Part shown: positions 39,118-49,965 of the stretch, piece after piece
How the letters are laid out: every line of letters starts with the position of its first letter
Position numbering within the stretch: the first letter of the stretch is position 1
From: Amoebidium appalachense
Taxonomy: Eukaryota; Protista; Ichthyosporea
Assembly: GCA_963693365.1 (NCBI GenBank)
Contig: CAVNZM010000010.1
Span: 3,594,159-3,658,158, forward strand
Direction: 5' to 3'
DNA length: 64,000 bases
Made by a program: the position numbers and the translations under genes
The notes under the pieces: generated by a model
Told to the model about the DNA's origin: nothing
The model's database searches: none
Seen by the model: only the letters and a program-made list of their open reading frames with translations

Positions 39118-40584
39118 ATGTCATGCCTTGAGGTTTTACAACGCTTCTGGACGTTTGCTCGTGTCCTGTGACTCGAACGTAACTCTTACCCTATATTATC
39201 AACTCATGTTTGGCACATATGTCGGTATGCTTGCCACAGTGCAAGCGCCCTACATCGGCCAAACAACCCCTCCCAGCCGCTTGTACAACAGCTATATTTC
39301 CGCGGGTCGCGGCTTTTGCAAGTTCATAGCAGGAATGCCCGCAGCATATCTGGCAGACCACTACCGCAAAGACACCGTGATTCGCGTAGGCGCCGTCTTT
39401 GTTTTTGCAGCAGTTGCCCTTCAGGCTATCGAGGTGTTTCGCCCTTTCGCAATGTGGTACCAGGACTATGCCCTTCTTGCTTCGGGAATCTTTGCCGAGG
39501 CACTCCACCAGGGCACCTCTCTGCCCTCTATCGGTGCCCTCTATGCCGCGGCCGTACCGACTGGTTGCCGCAGCAAATACGAGTCTGTGCGCACTGTGGT
39601 CAACCTGTTGGCCTGGGCGATCGGCCCCATTATTAGCATATGTTTACGGTCGTTGGGAATAGGTGGACCGTCCAATGCATGAGTGCGGTCTACATGTCCT
39701 CCCTGGCTCTATTTCTGGCGCCGTGATCTTTCTTCCCTTCTTCAAGGACCCCCGCCATAGCAAGTCATGCGCTGTTTCCGTCGAGTCTGCTGGTTCTTGC
39801 AGCATGAACGACAGTGAAAAAGTTTAAAGGGCACCCCATCGGCTTCCCCCGCCGTGGCCCCACCAGTCCTCTCCGCCACAGAAATCAATCTTGACAAAAG
39901 CGATGCTGCTGGCGAGAGCAAGAAAACCCCATCTGATCTGCAGAATTGTGTTGATTCGGACACATCCATTGATAGCAAGGACTCGTTCTGGCTCATGAAG
40001 GGAGTGCGGCCCGAGCTGGTACCATATTCCCTTGCTGCCGCCGATATCATCGAGTCATTCCAGGGCATGGCCGCACGCTTCTACATGTTGTACTTCGTCA
40101 ACGAACTGAAGGTCTCCCCCGTGTGTCTCAATATTGCCGCTCTCCTTGCGTCCCTCGTGTCCTGCACAATGGTCTACCTCGCAAACGTCGCCGCAGGCCG
40201 CGTCGGCCGCATGCCGGTTATCTTTGGCCTCCGAACATGGGGGGCATGCTCGTGTTTGCCCTGCCACAAGATGATATCTGGCGGTCAGCACCGTGGGCCT
40301 TTTGCATCATCTACTTGCTGAGAAACGGCGCCCGTGACGCGTCCATGCCCGTGTCCAGATCCGTCATGATGGACTACTGCCCGCCCAATCAGATGAGTCG
40401 CTGGCAGTCGGTGGATTGCGTCATGACCCTCTTCTATAGTATGTGCGCCCTGTTGGGTGGTGTGATTGTGGAGAACATGGGTTGGGGTTATCTTTGAATG
40501 ATCACCGGTGCCATTCAGTTGGTGGGGCTCCTTCCCTATTTCCCACTTTTCCGTACGGTTAAGATCGAGAGTGCTACGAATTGA
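39118..40584 (+). pseudogene. MFS transporter paralog 3, pseudogene
   Basis: Homologous to copy 2 with frameshifts (~39168, ~39640, ~40240) and in-frame TGA codons at ~39724 and 40495. The latter aligns with Trp in copy 2 (GYAYLW), and homology continues to the stop at 40584. Confidence 0.85.
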
Positions 40585-41467
40585 ATAATTTTTAAGCTGA
40601 ATCCACCATTGGCTGAGATTGTAGCAGTAATTGGTTTAGCAAACCACAACTATGATTCGATGTTTTCCTGGTAATTATAAGTGGCTGATTTACTAAGGAC
40701 TACAGTTGGTGGCTCCGGAAACCAAAAACAATTGCGAATGTTGATGTTACGTGTGGAGCACATGATGTACGCAACTTGTATGAATGTGTAAACCGGCAAC
40801 TGATGTACAGTATATCTTGTGCTATGCCATCTAAATCACAATGCACACTGAATCAATTCAGGTCAAAACACCGAAAACAGTTTCGTCTGCATGTCCATGT
40901 TTTGTAGTAAGACAATCTTCCAGGCACCTCAAGTACTAACTTTAGTGTAACAGTTGCCCTGTCAGCATCTCCACCTCTCTCCCCACACGCACACACACAC
41001 ACATCACCTCACCACCCTATATCCCGACCTCCCCACCTCTTCCCCTTTGCAAACAGATTTCAAGCTTTCAGATCTCTTTCCGCCCCCCCTCCCCCCCCCC
41101 CCCCCCCCCCTCCCCCTCCGGGCTCTCCCTTGTCAATCCCTTCCCCCCTTCGTACCTCGCACATTCCCCTTGGGCCACTCCCCTCCCCTATTCTCCCTCA
41201 GCGGGAGCCACCCGGCTCCTTTGCTTCAGCACCATTTTCTTTCATCACTTTCCCATTTGAAAATTTCCCGAATAATATCTCTATGAGATGTCCTATTACA
41301 GTGTTCGTCGATAAGGGGATAACTAACAATATGCGTGCACGTGCACATGATTAAATATTAGGTTGCTGTGGGATTTATCTTCTATGATAACCAAACATGC
41401 CTGTTACCCTGCACTTCAGCATGTGTGTGCGTCCGTGTGTGTGCGTGTGTGTGCGTGTGTGTGCGTG

Positions 41468-41536
<69 letters not shown>

Positions 41537-42510
41537 GCGCGCGCGTGTGTGTGTGTGTGTGTTTGTGTTTTTGTGCGTGGGTGCTCGCGCATGCGCCGGT
41601 GTTCAATTTCGTGTGTATTAGTTTTTTTTTGTGTGTATGTGTGTGTGTGTGTGCGTGCGTGCGTGTGCTTTTGTGCCTGTGCGCGTGTGAGTGTGTTTGT
41701 GTGTGTGTTTGTGTTTGTGCACTGCACTGTGTACGGGTGTGTATGTGTCTGTTTGTGTTCGTGTGACGGTGTGTGTGTATGTGAACGCGTGCTTGCATGC
41801 CAGCGCGTACACACGTTTGTTGATGGGTTGCATACACCTTTACTCCACGGTTCGGTCGAGAACACATGTACTTAAATCCGTAGCTGAGCCCCTTCCCCTC
41901 CCTCCTCCCCCCCCCTCCCCCCCCCCCCCCCCCCCTCCCCCCCTCCCCTCCCTCCCTTCCCCCCTTCAACCCTCCCCCATTCCCGCCTCCTTCGCCAATC
42001 ATACGTCCCTCTCCCTTTTATCCCCCACGTCTCTCACCATTGAAATTGATCGAACACACCTGCAAGACGACGTAACGGTGTGTGATACCGGTAGTACCCT
42101 TATTGATTGCGCAGGCTAACAGATGACATATCATGTGCGCGAAGTTCGTTGAATCGGTCACCTCTACCTTAACCCAATCGTATTTTGTACAATTTTCCTC
42201 CGCATTTCAAGACGATTCTCTCAATGAGACCCCTCCCCCCCACCCCCCCCATCCACCCTCCTCCCCCCTTCCCCCGCTCTCCCCCTGTGATCCCCCCTCC
42301 CCTCCCCACACACACACCCTGCTTTTTTACGTGTCACTGACAAAGTCCGTGTGATTTTGTCCCCTCTCCCCCTCCCCCTCCCCCTCCCGCCCTACCTCCC
42401 TCCCTCCTTACCTTCCCTCCTACCTTCCTCGGTTCCTCCCTCCTCCGCCACCCCCCCCCAATTAATCTTCATTAAATGATCTTCACGACCCTCCTCTGCG
42501 CAATCCCCCT

Positions 42511-42541
<31 letters not shown>

Positions 42542-43419
42542 CCCCCCCCCCCCCCCCCCGCCCTCCCCCTCCCCCCGGGGCCCCTCGGGGGAGGGCCCAG
42601 GTCGATGCATCCGAAATGTACTCTGATCGGAGAACTTAGCGGCCATAAGTACTCCGATCGCAGTACTTTAGGAATGCTTGTTTCGGAAGGATACCGCGAG
42701 CTATTGGGGCCCAGGAGCCCGCTTTTTTTTGTACAGCCAGTAAGAAAACATAAGTTTACACCTTTTTTGTCTTTGGTACGGTAACTAACAGGGTTCGAAG
42801 GACGGTGGAGCCCATTAACGGAAGTCGAAATCCCGTTTCGGAAAACCTCTTCGAAAATCGGAATGTTCCGTCGGAGCAGGCCCACCAAAAATCGCAATCA
42901 TCGCGCATCAGTAAACTAGGGCATGCTTATTTGTGCCTATATTGCATCAAAATGTAATTATAATGCATACTCAAAAACCCTGTGTGTGGTTATTAGAGCC
43001 TTCCTGGTGTTGGCACTTGAAGCTTTGAAGGAATAAAAGGGAAATATGAAGTGCATTACATAATGCGTATATATTTTGTCTCCGTATTTAAAAATTCTGG
43101 GGGAGGGGGAGGGGAGGGAGGGAGGGAGGGAGGGGGGGGGGGGGGGGGGAGTGAGTTGAGGCAGCAACATGGGAAGCTCAGGCAGAAATCGAATGTTTGG
43201 GGGGGGGGGGGGGGGGGAAGAAAATCAGGTCGGGTGGTTGTGTCTGTGTTTGTGTGTGTGTGAGTATTTTTCTTTGCAATTGTGTGTGTGTGTGTGTGGT
43301 GGGTATGTATGTATGCACGGTGTGTGTGTCTGTGTGTATGTGTACAGGTGTGGGTGTGTGTATTTGTGTCAGCGGTAATCGGTGTTTGTGTCTATGTTGT
43401 GTGCATGTGTGCACATGTG

Positions 43420-43453
<34 letters not shown>

Positions 43454-43656
43454 GTGTGTGTGTGTGTGCATGGCATTGTGTGTATGTGTGTGTGTATTTT
43501 GTGTCAACGGTTATGGTGTGTGTGTATGTATGTACAGTGTGTGTATGTATGTGTGTGTGTGTGCAGTGTGGTGTGTATGTATGCAGGGTGTGTGTGTCTG
43601 TGTATGTGTGTGTACATGCCAGTGTGGGTGTGTGTGTTTGTACCAACGGTTTCTTG

Positions 43657-43691
<35 letters not shown>

Positions 43692-43744
43692 GCCATGGGG
43701 TGTGTGTGCGTGCGCCGTGTACATGGTGTGTGTGTGCAGTGTAA

Positions 43745-43793
<49 letters not shown>

Positions 43794-44537
43794 TGTGTGT
43801 GTGTAGGTGGGTGGGTGCATAGCATTTGATTGTACAGGGTGGGCGCATGTGCACGTTTGTAATACAGTTATCATGATCTGAGATAGTATGTGCCTGTGCA
43901 CGTGTACTAGCCTAGGTCACATGATTGTGTGGTGTCACGGCTGTGTATGTATGTGGATGTGTGTCTTTGAACGGATCACAGTGGTGCACAGTGTGTGTAT
44001 CGCCTGCCATTGAAGACGCGTGCCACTGATCGTGATACACGTGGCACCTGCACCTGATGGCCGTCGACTCTGAGCATCTAGATCCATTCCATGTTTAGGC
44101 CTTCCTGGGGGGCAATGGGGGGGGGGGGGGGGGGGGGGAGGGGAGTACTAGTGGGGGTGGGGGGTAGGGAGGGATCCGCCTGAGAAGGCGGGGGGGGGGG
44201 GGGGGGGGGGGAGGGGTGAGGCCGGAGCGGCGGTGGGGGAGAAGGAGGGGCAGCACTGGTGGAGGAAACGGTGGGCAGCGGAGGAGGGGGGAATGGGGTT
44301 CGATTTCTGGGGGGGGGGAGTTTTGAAGTGGAGGCCGGCCTATATATATACATGCGTAGGCATGTGCATTGTATGTTCATGTGGCCATGCATGCATGGCT
44401 ATGATGCATATGTGGTGTCACGGCTGTGTGTGTGTGAATTTGTGTGTGTGTGTCTGTGTGTGTGTGTGTGTATGTGTGTGTGTGTGCGTGGGTGTGTGCA
44501 TAAATGTGTTTGGTGTGACAACATGTACATGTGCTAG

Positions 44538-45075
44538 GCTTAAGCCCGGGTGAGCTACTTAGGTGGTTGGGTATGTGGATTTACATGGCTGGAACATTCG
44601 AACCCGGCTCGAGATCGAACTACTGGACGTCGGCAGCATGCAGAGAACCCAAGCCGCATATTTCCCGTACAAGACTTTGCCCGCTTCATGACCGAACACC
44701 GGTTCGAAAACATCCGTGCCTGCTTTACCGTCACCGACATCACTCAATATCCGGAGGATGATCCACTGAAAGACACACGCGGTTTCATGGAAGCACTGCA
44801 GAGTCGGTGCCGTTGCTCTATCGAGCCCGGGGATGAATTATGCGAAGACGATCGAGGCCATCTTTGCCAGCTATCATTGCAACCTTCCGTGCCAAATCTA
44901 CATAAAACGAAAACCCCACCCTCTCGGTCAAGAAATAAAAACTCTACACGACTGTGTAACCAACATACTCATTAACTTCGAAATGAACGAGGGGAAGCTT
45001 ATGATGGTTAGCAAACCGTACCGACAGTTGGGAGCTGGAACAGGCACCACCTTGCGTCTTCTAACCCCATGGGCC
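44538..45075 (+). mobile_element. piggyBac-superfamily (DDE_Tnp_1_7 / PGBD-like) transposase relic, frameshifted
   Basis: Three overlapping frames join to give ELLRWLGMWIYMA...YW...DFARFMTEHRFENIRACF...DDPLKDTRGFMEAL...PGDELCED...YIKRKPHPLGQEIKTLHDC...NFEMNEGK...GAGTGTTLRLLTPW, the characteristic piggyBac motif order (MxxxRF, PGxxLxVDE, YxxxKPxKxG). Confidence 0.8.
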
Positions 45076-45335
45076 AACCCCCCGAATGCCCGAGAAAACT
45101 CATTAAACATACGGTGATTTAACATATATAGTCAATAGGGGGGTTTACGCTGTTTACTCGAGGCAAAGAGAACCAGTCTCAGGTATGGGGGGGGGGGTTT
45201 TTGCTCGGAATATCCCCTCAGCGGTATATCATGATCACGTACATAGATGTCGGGTGGTGACTATATATCAGGGTTTACTTTCTCTACGAGACACCATAAA
45301 GACTACAAGGAGAAATCAATTAGTTGGGGTTCCCC

Positions 45336-45336
<1 letters not shown>

Positions 45337-45375
<39 letters not shown>

Positions 45376-45407
45376 GGGCTCCCCTCGGGACACTCGGTAT
45401 CAGCTGG

Positions 45408-45476
<69 letters not shown>

Positions 45477-46260
45477 TGCGCTATAATTTTGTAGTGATGT
45501 GTTTCTCAAGCCAATCAATACATCTAATAAACAGGTCGTAGTTACGCGTGTTTAGTATAAAATCAAGGATGTTGTAATTTACAGGTAGGCTATCTTTCTG
45601 GGTGTCTGTTGTGAATGTGACGTGTGTGTGTTGCGGTATTATGTGGTCTATCAAACTACATTTGGCGATACATGACCGGTTAAACTGGTGTGTGTGTGTG
45701 TTGTTTGGGCATGCAAATGATGCCACCTTATACTTATTAGATCTCCACTGTATAGCACGTGTACAGTAAAAGCGTGGTAATTGATCAATAATACCATCAG
45801 CTAGAGAAAGACCAGTTCTACAGGAAGGTAATATGTATTTAGGTGTTATACACTTGCGAGTGCCATATTTGGCAATATGGTTGAGGCGGTCAGTATATAT
45901 AAAACGAGACATAAGGCTTAGTTTTTCAAGGTGTATGCTTTCATCGGGTCTAGTGTCGTGTGGTATCTTTTTCCATTTGTTATATTGCGTGATTATCTTG
46001 TGATTGTGTACATGTTTAATAAGTAAGTGGCAGTCCAAAGTCACACACACACTATTGCGGGGTTTATTTGTATTTGTGCCCAGGGGAGAAGGGGAGAGAG
46101 AGGGGAGGAAAGAGGGGAGAGGTGAGGAGGGGACAGGTCGGATAGAGAAGAGAGGGTGGGAGGGCAAATACTTCTTTAAGCGGCTTATGTGCTTATTGAA
46201 TTTCAGCGCGAGATAGGATACTCTAGCAGCTATTGGGACCAGACATGAAGTAATATCAGG
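45337..46260 (-). mobile_element. 5'-truncated non-LTR retrotransposon (C-terminal part of ORF2) with a 3' (CA)n tract and possible poly(A) tail
   Basis: ORF 45481-46320 aligns with the C-terminus of the RT ORF at 47046-48884 (RVSYLALKFNKHISRL..PSHPLF vs RVHELALKFHEHITRL..PDHPLF; WRSN..C..FNRSCI vs WRCN..C..FTRGCI; ILDFILN..YD..IRC vs ILDHLIN..YD..IRC). The stop is followed by (CA)~32 and then A36 on the minus strand. Confidence 0.75.
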
Positions 46261-46468
46261 CTTATCTAAGTAAGCTATCGTCTCAGTTCGAACGGAATAT
46301 TCTGAGATAAATAAATACATCTCGGTAATGAACAGACCCCCAGAAACAGTGCTTTCTCGTGTATTTTTTTGTAGGTAATTTCTTTTTTTTATTATGACTT
46401 TATTGATATGCTCAGCAAAATAGAAGCCATCGAGATATCACCGATATCTCGGAGAAGAAAATACAAAA

Positions 46469-46499
<31 letters not shown>

Positions 46500-47045
46500 G
46501 CCCTCACTCTCGGATATGGAGGAGATAACGACTTAAATAATCATACACCCTAGAAAACTCATTAAACATACCGTGGTTTTTTTTTTCACGGAGGCAACCA
46601 GGCAGGCATATCTAATCACAACAGCCTTGTATGTATACACTTTAACCCTTGTGTACCCCATAGTACCCTAGTCACCCAAGGTACTACTCAGTACCCCGTC
46701 CCTCGGCAAGTGGGGTATTTTGTTTTCGGGGTGCGGGTGGGGTATTTTGTAGGGTATTTTCCGGGCCGGGTATTGTCTAACACTGTTAGTAAATAAAACT
46801 TTATTTTATAATTTCGGCCGGTAGAAATGTGGCAGCCAATCAAATTGCCGTGTTTGAAATGCCATTATGCAGATCCTGTGTCAAGGGGTTTACACACTTT
46901 TTATTGCGTGGACATTGCCGGAGGCCCAGCCACATTCGACGGCCTACTGCGTTTTCCAGCACAGCCAATCAAATGCAGCCAGTGACATATGTACATGCTA
47001 GGCAACAATGAGCGCCATCGTAGGATCTGACACCCCTATTACATA

Positions 47046-48884
47046 TTATGGGTAAGCAGATGCTAGCATCGGTAGCTCCGACAGAAAGTTAAGGCACCGG
47101 ATCACAATATCATACTGTGCAGCATTAATAAGGTGATCTAGGATAGTCATCTTAAAACGGATATATTGAGGAAGAGATGAAGAAAAGAGAATAAAACCGC
47201 CAATAACCTCCGGTTCTAATACATTAGCTAACAGGTTGCATTTATTGATAGATATGCAGCCGCGAGTAAACCGCCCCCCACACATATTACACATACGAGC
47301 AGGAGACACCAGAAACCGATTACACCGCCAAGCCATAATCATCTTTGCGTTTTTACACCACACCACATTACGAATAAACGAATCTATGTATGAACGAGAC
47401 TCTCTAACCGTATCCGCCATATAGGCTACTAGTAGTTGGTGTTTGTGCGGTCCTAACACCGGAAGGGACTCAACACGTAGAGTAAAAAGATATCTATCAG
47501 CCATAGACTTGAAACTATTCATATTCACACTATGATCTAGCCGTACCTCCGGGGGGGTCGCCAGCCATTCCACATAGCGCTCGGCAATGGGCAGAGACGA
47601 TGGGGAAGGGAAGAGGTACAGGGGCGAATCCGGCGGGGATGCGTGTAGCCGGAAGAGCGGGTGGTCCGGGGCACAAGCGGACAGGCGGGTGATGTGCTCG
47701 TGAAATTTAAGGGCTAATTCGTGTACGCGTTGTGATGGTGGTGTGAGTGCGTAGAGAGAATCAAAAAGGCGTCTAGGGATAGGTGTGGAAAGACCAGTGA
47801 GAAACATACAACAAGTTGTGTAATGGAAATCATCTAATGATTTGAGGACATTAGTAACAGTATCAGGGGGTGCCATAGCTAGTAAGGGCAACCCGTATTC
47901 CGACAAAGGGCGAATATATGTGCGAAATATACTAAGACGATTGTATAGGTGGACAGTATGAGAAAGAGAAGCAAGATACACATCCCGAAATAACCGAAGA
48001 CACCTGCCTGCACTCTCCACCCGACGGTCGATCATCCGTTTGAAACATATGCCCCATTCGTCCACCGGAATCCCCAAATACTTGTATTCGATTGGGCGAG
48101 GGAGGGGACTGCCGAAAATACAAACGTCGTCCCATGCCGGTATCGATTTTGATAAAAGGGCACACTTTTTGACATTAATCTGCATATCGTTGCGCTGGCA
48201 CCAATGTTCAACCACACGAATGTATTGCCGTAGTTCGAGAGGATCGGATGACATAAGCACAATATCGTCGGCAAAAAAGAGGGCGGGAGGAGCCTGGGAT
48301 GGCAACCCCCCGTCAATTTGTGCCGCAGAAAGAGTGTCGGCTAAATCATCAATATACAGGTTGAAAAGAAGAGGACTTAGCAGGGACCCTTGAAGTACCC
48401 CGCGCGTGCGGGTAAACCCTGGGGATAGCCGCCCATTAACCACCGCTCGTCCGCGTGTAAACGTAAACATAGCTTCCAGTAGCCGACCCATTTGGAATGG
48501 GACACCGCGAGTGGCTAACTTGGCCCACAGGCGAGGGAGGTCGACCGTGTCGTACGCGTTCTTAAAATCGATAAATACGAGGTGCTCGGTATCACTTTGA
48601 GTTGCATTATGTAGAGTGAGGATTTGTGCGTAACATGAGTGTCGATGCCGAAACGCCGCCTGAAGAGGGCTCAGCTGGGAAGCCTGCTTAAGGGTGGGGT
48701 TACGGGAAAAGGCCTGTAAAAGGCCACTTTCGAATAATCGGCGAAAAACGGACGTAAGGGTGATAGGGCGAAATTCGTGGATGGGACCCTGTGCAACCGT
48801 TTTCTTGATGGGAAACACTAAGGTGGCTAGCCACTCCGAGGGCACTTTACCGACATCAGAATACCAGCTAAACTGTGTCAACGC
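47046..48884 (-). mobile_element. Non-LTR retrotransposon (LINE-like) reverse transcriptase ORF, 5'-truncated/interrupted
   Basis: RT motifs VPSEW..LVFPIKK, FRPITLTSVFRRLFE, QAAFR, FIDFKNAYDTV, GVLQGSLLSPLLFNLYIDDL, FFADDIVL, INVKKC and YKYLGI; C-terminal CxxC; no endonuclease domain visible. Confidence 0.92.
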
Positions 48885-49144
48885 CAGGCCCGACCATAAG
48901 TCCATTCGGAGCCTCCAAATTACCATCGAAATTTGGAAAGTACCATCGGATTCCGGACCTAGGGTACGGTCCCAAAAATCGGATGGTACCGGATGGTCCC
49001 GGGGGGATATATGGATACTACCATATCATATGTAAAAAATGCATATCCCAAAATTTCGATGGTACGGAAAGTACCATCCGATTTTGCCAAAATTAGATCC
49101 GGGTTTTGAAAGTACCATCCGAAAAATCTGAATTTTCGGGCCTG
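48885..49144. mobile_element. hAT-type non-autonomous MITE (260 bp) with an 8-bp target-site duplication
   Basis: TIRs CAGGCCCGA (48885) and TCGGGCCTG (ending 49144); perfect TSD GTCAACGC at 48877-48884 and 49145-49152; multiple internal GTACCATC/GATGGTAC subterminal motifs. Confidence 0.9.
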
Positions 49145-49965
49145 GTCAACGCGTGCCCGCTGCCAACAAGCCAGCGGCCAACATTCCAATGTCTGGACGT
49201 TTTAATGCGATGGAATGTAAAAAAATGCGAATCCGGCTGTTGGTGAGAAACCTATGTATTCATAGTCCTAATTTGTTTTCCAAAATATTATATATAATGA
49301 GTCTGCAACCATCAAAATTTCTCGCAAATTCCCTTCTTGATATTTACTGTAAGTATTTAGGTCTTGGTCCCGCACTTGCCAATTGGTGGTGTCAGCGGCT
49401 GTGTGGGTGTTTTTCTTTTTTAAACCCTGCAGCCTGAGTTTCTTGACTCCACGTTGCGGACTGTGCCTATTGGTCCGAGATTGAATTTTTATATTCGGGT
49501 ATGCGCATCTGACAGGTTGTTTGAGGTTTGGTATCGTCAAAGCCAAACGGTTCTGTCTACAACACAAATGTGACGGCTATTCACCTTTTATCGCTGGCAA
49601 AATGATGAATAGGTACTTTTCACTAGCCGACTCAATTCGCATATTTATGACTTCGTGAAGGTAAGTTAGGTAACGAGTCTAAGAGTCACATTTGTTAGAA
49701 TAGAGCCGGGGTTTGAAAGAAATATGGCGAATGGATAAATTTGGCCAATAAGGTTGTCGCGCTATACCTGGCTGCATTCCTCAATACAGCGCCTAAAAAC
49801 AAAACACCAGCACTTGGGTTAGCAGCGGTCACATGCGCACCTCGTTCCGCTGAGCGCCCCGTGCCCGTGTGTTCGTTGAAAACACAAACAAAGCAAGAAA
49901 GTGAAAAGAACCACAATCCATCTGCGTTTTTTGCTGTCGTTGCTTCATCGAAAACCCACGCTACC

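Noticed and set aside
40495-40497. TGA aligned to Trp, suggesting stop-codon reassignment or selenocysteine
   Set aside because: The same copy has several frameshifts, and TGA is a normal stop in other genes here (GNAT, MFS copy 1); a TGG-to-TGA pseudogene mutation is simpler.
46640-46790. TACCC/GGGTA inverted motifs ending in CTAACACTG (hAT-like terminus)
   Set aside because: No matching opposite TIR or TSD was found; at most a fragment.
49741-49965. N-terminal extension of the 309-aa ORF upstream of the haloperoxidase ATG
   Set aside because: It starts at TTG; the ATG at 49966 in ACCATG context begins a clear signal peptide.
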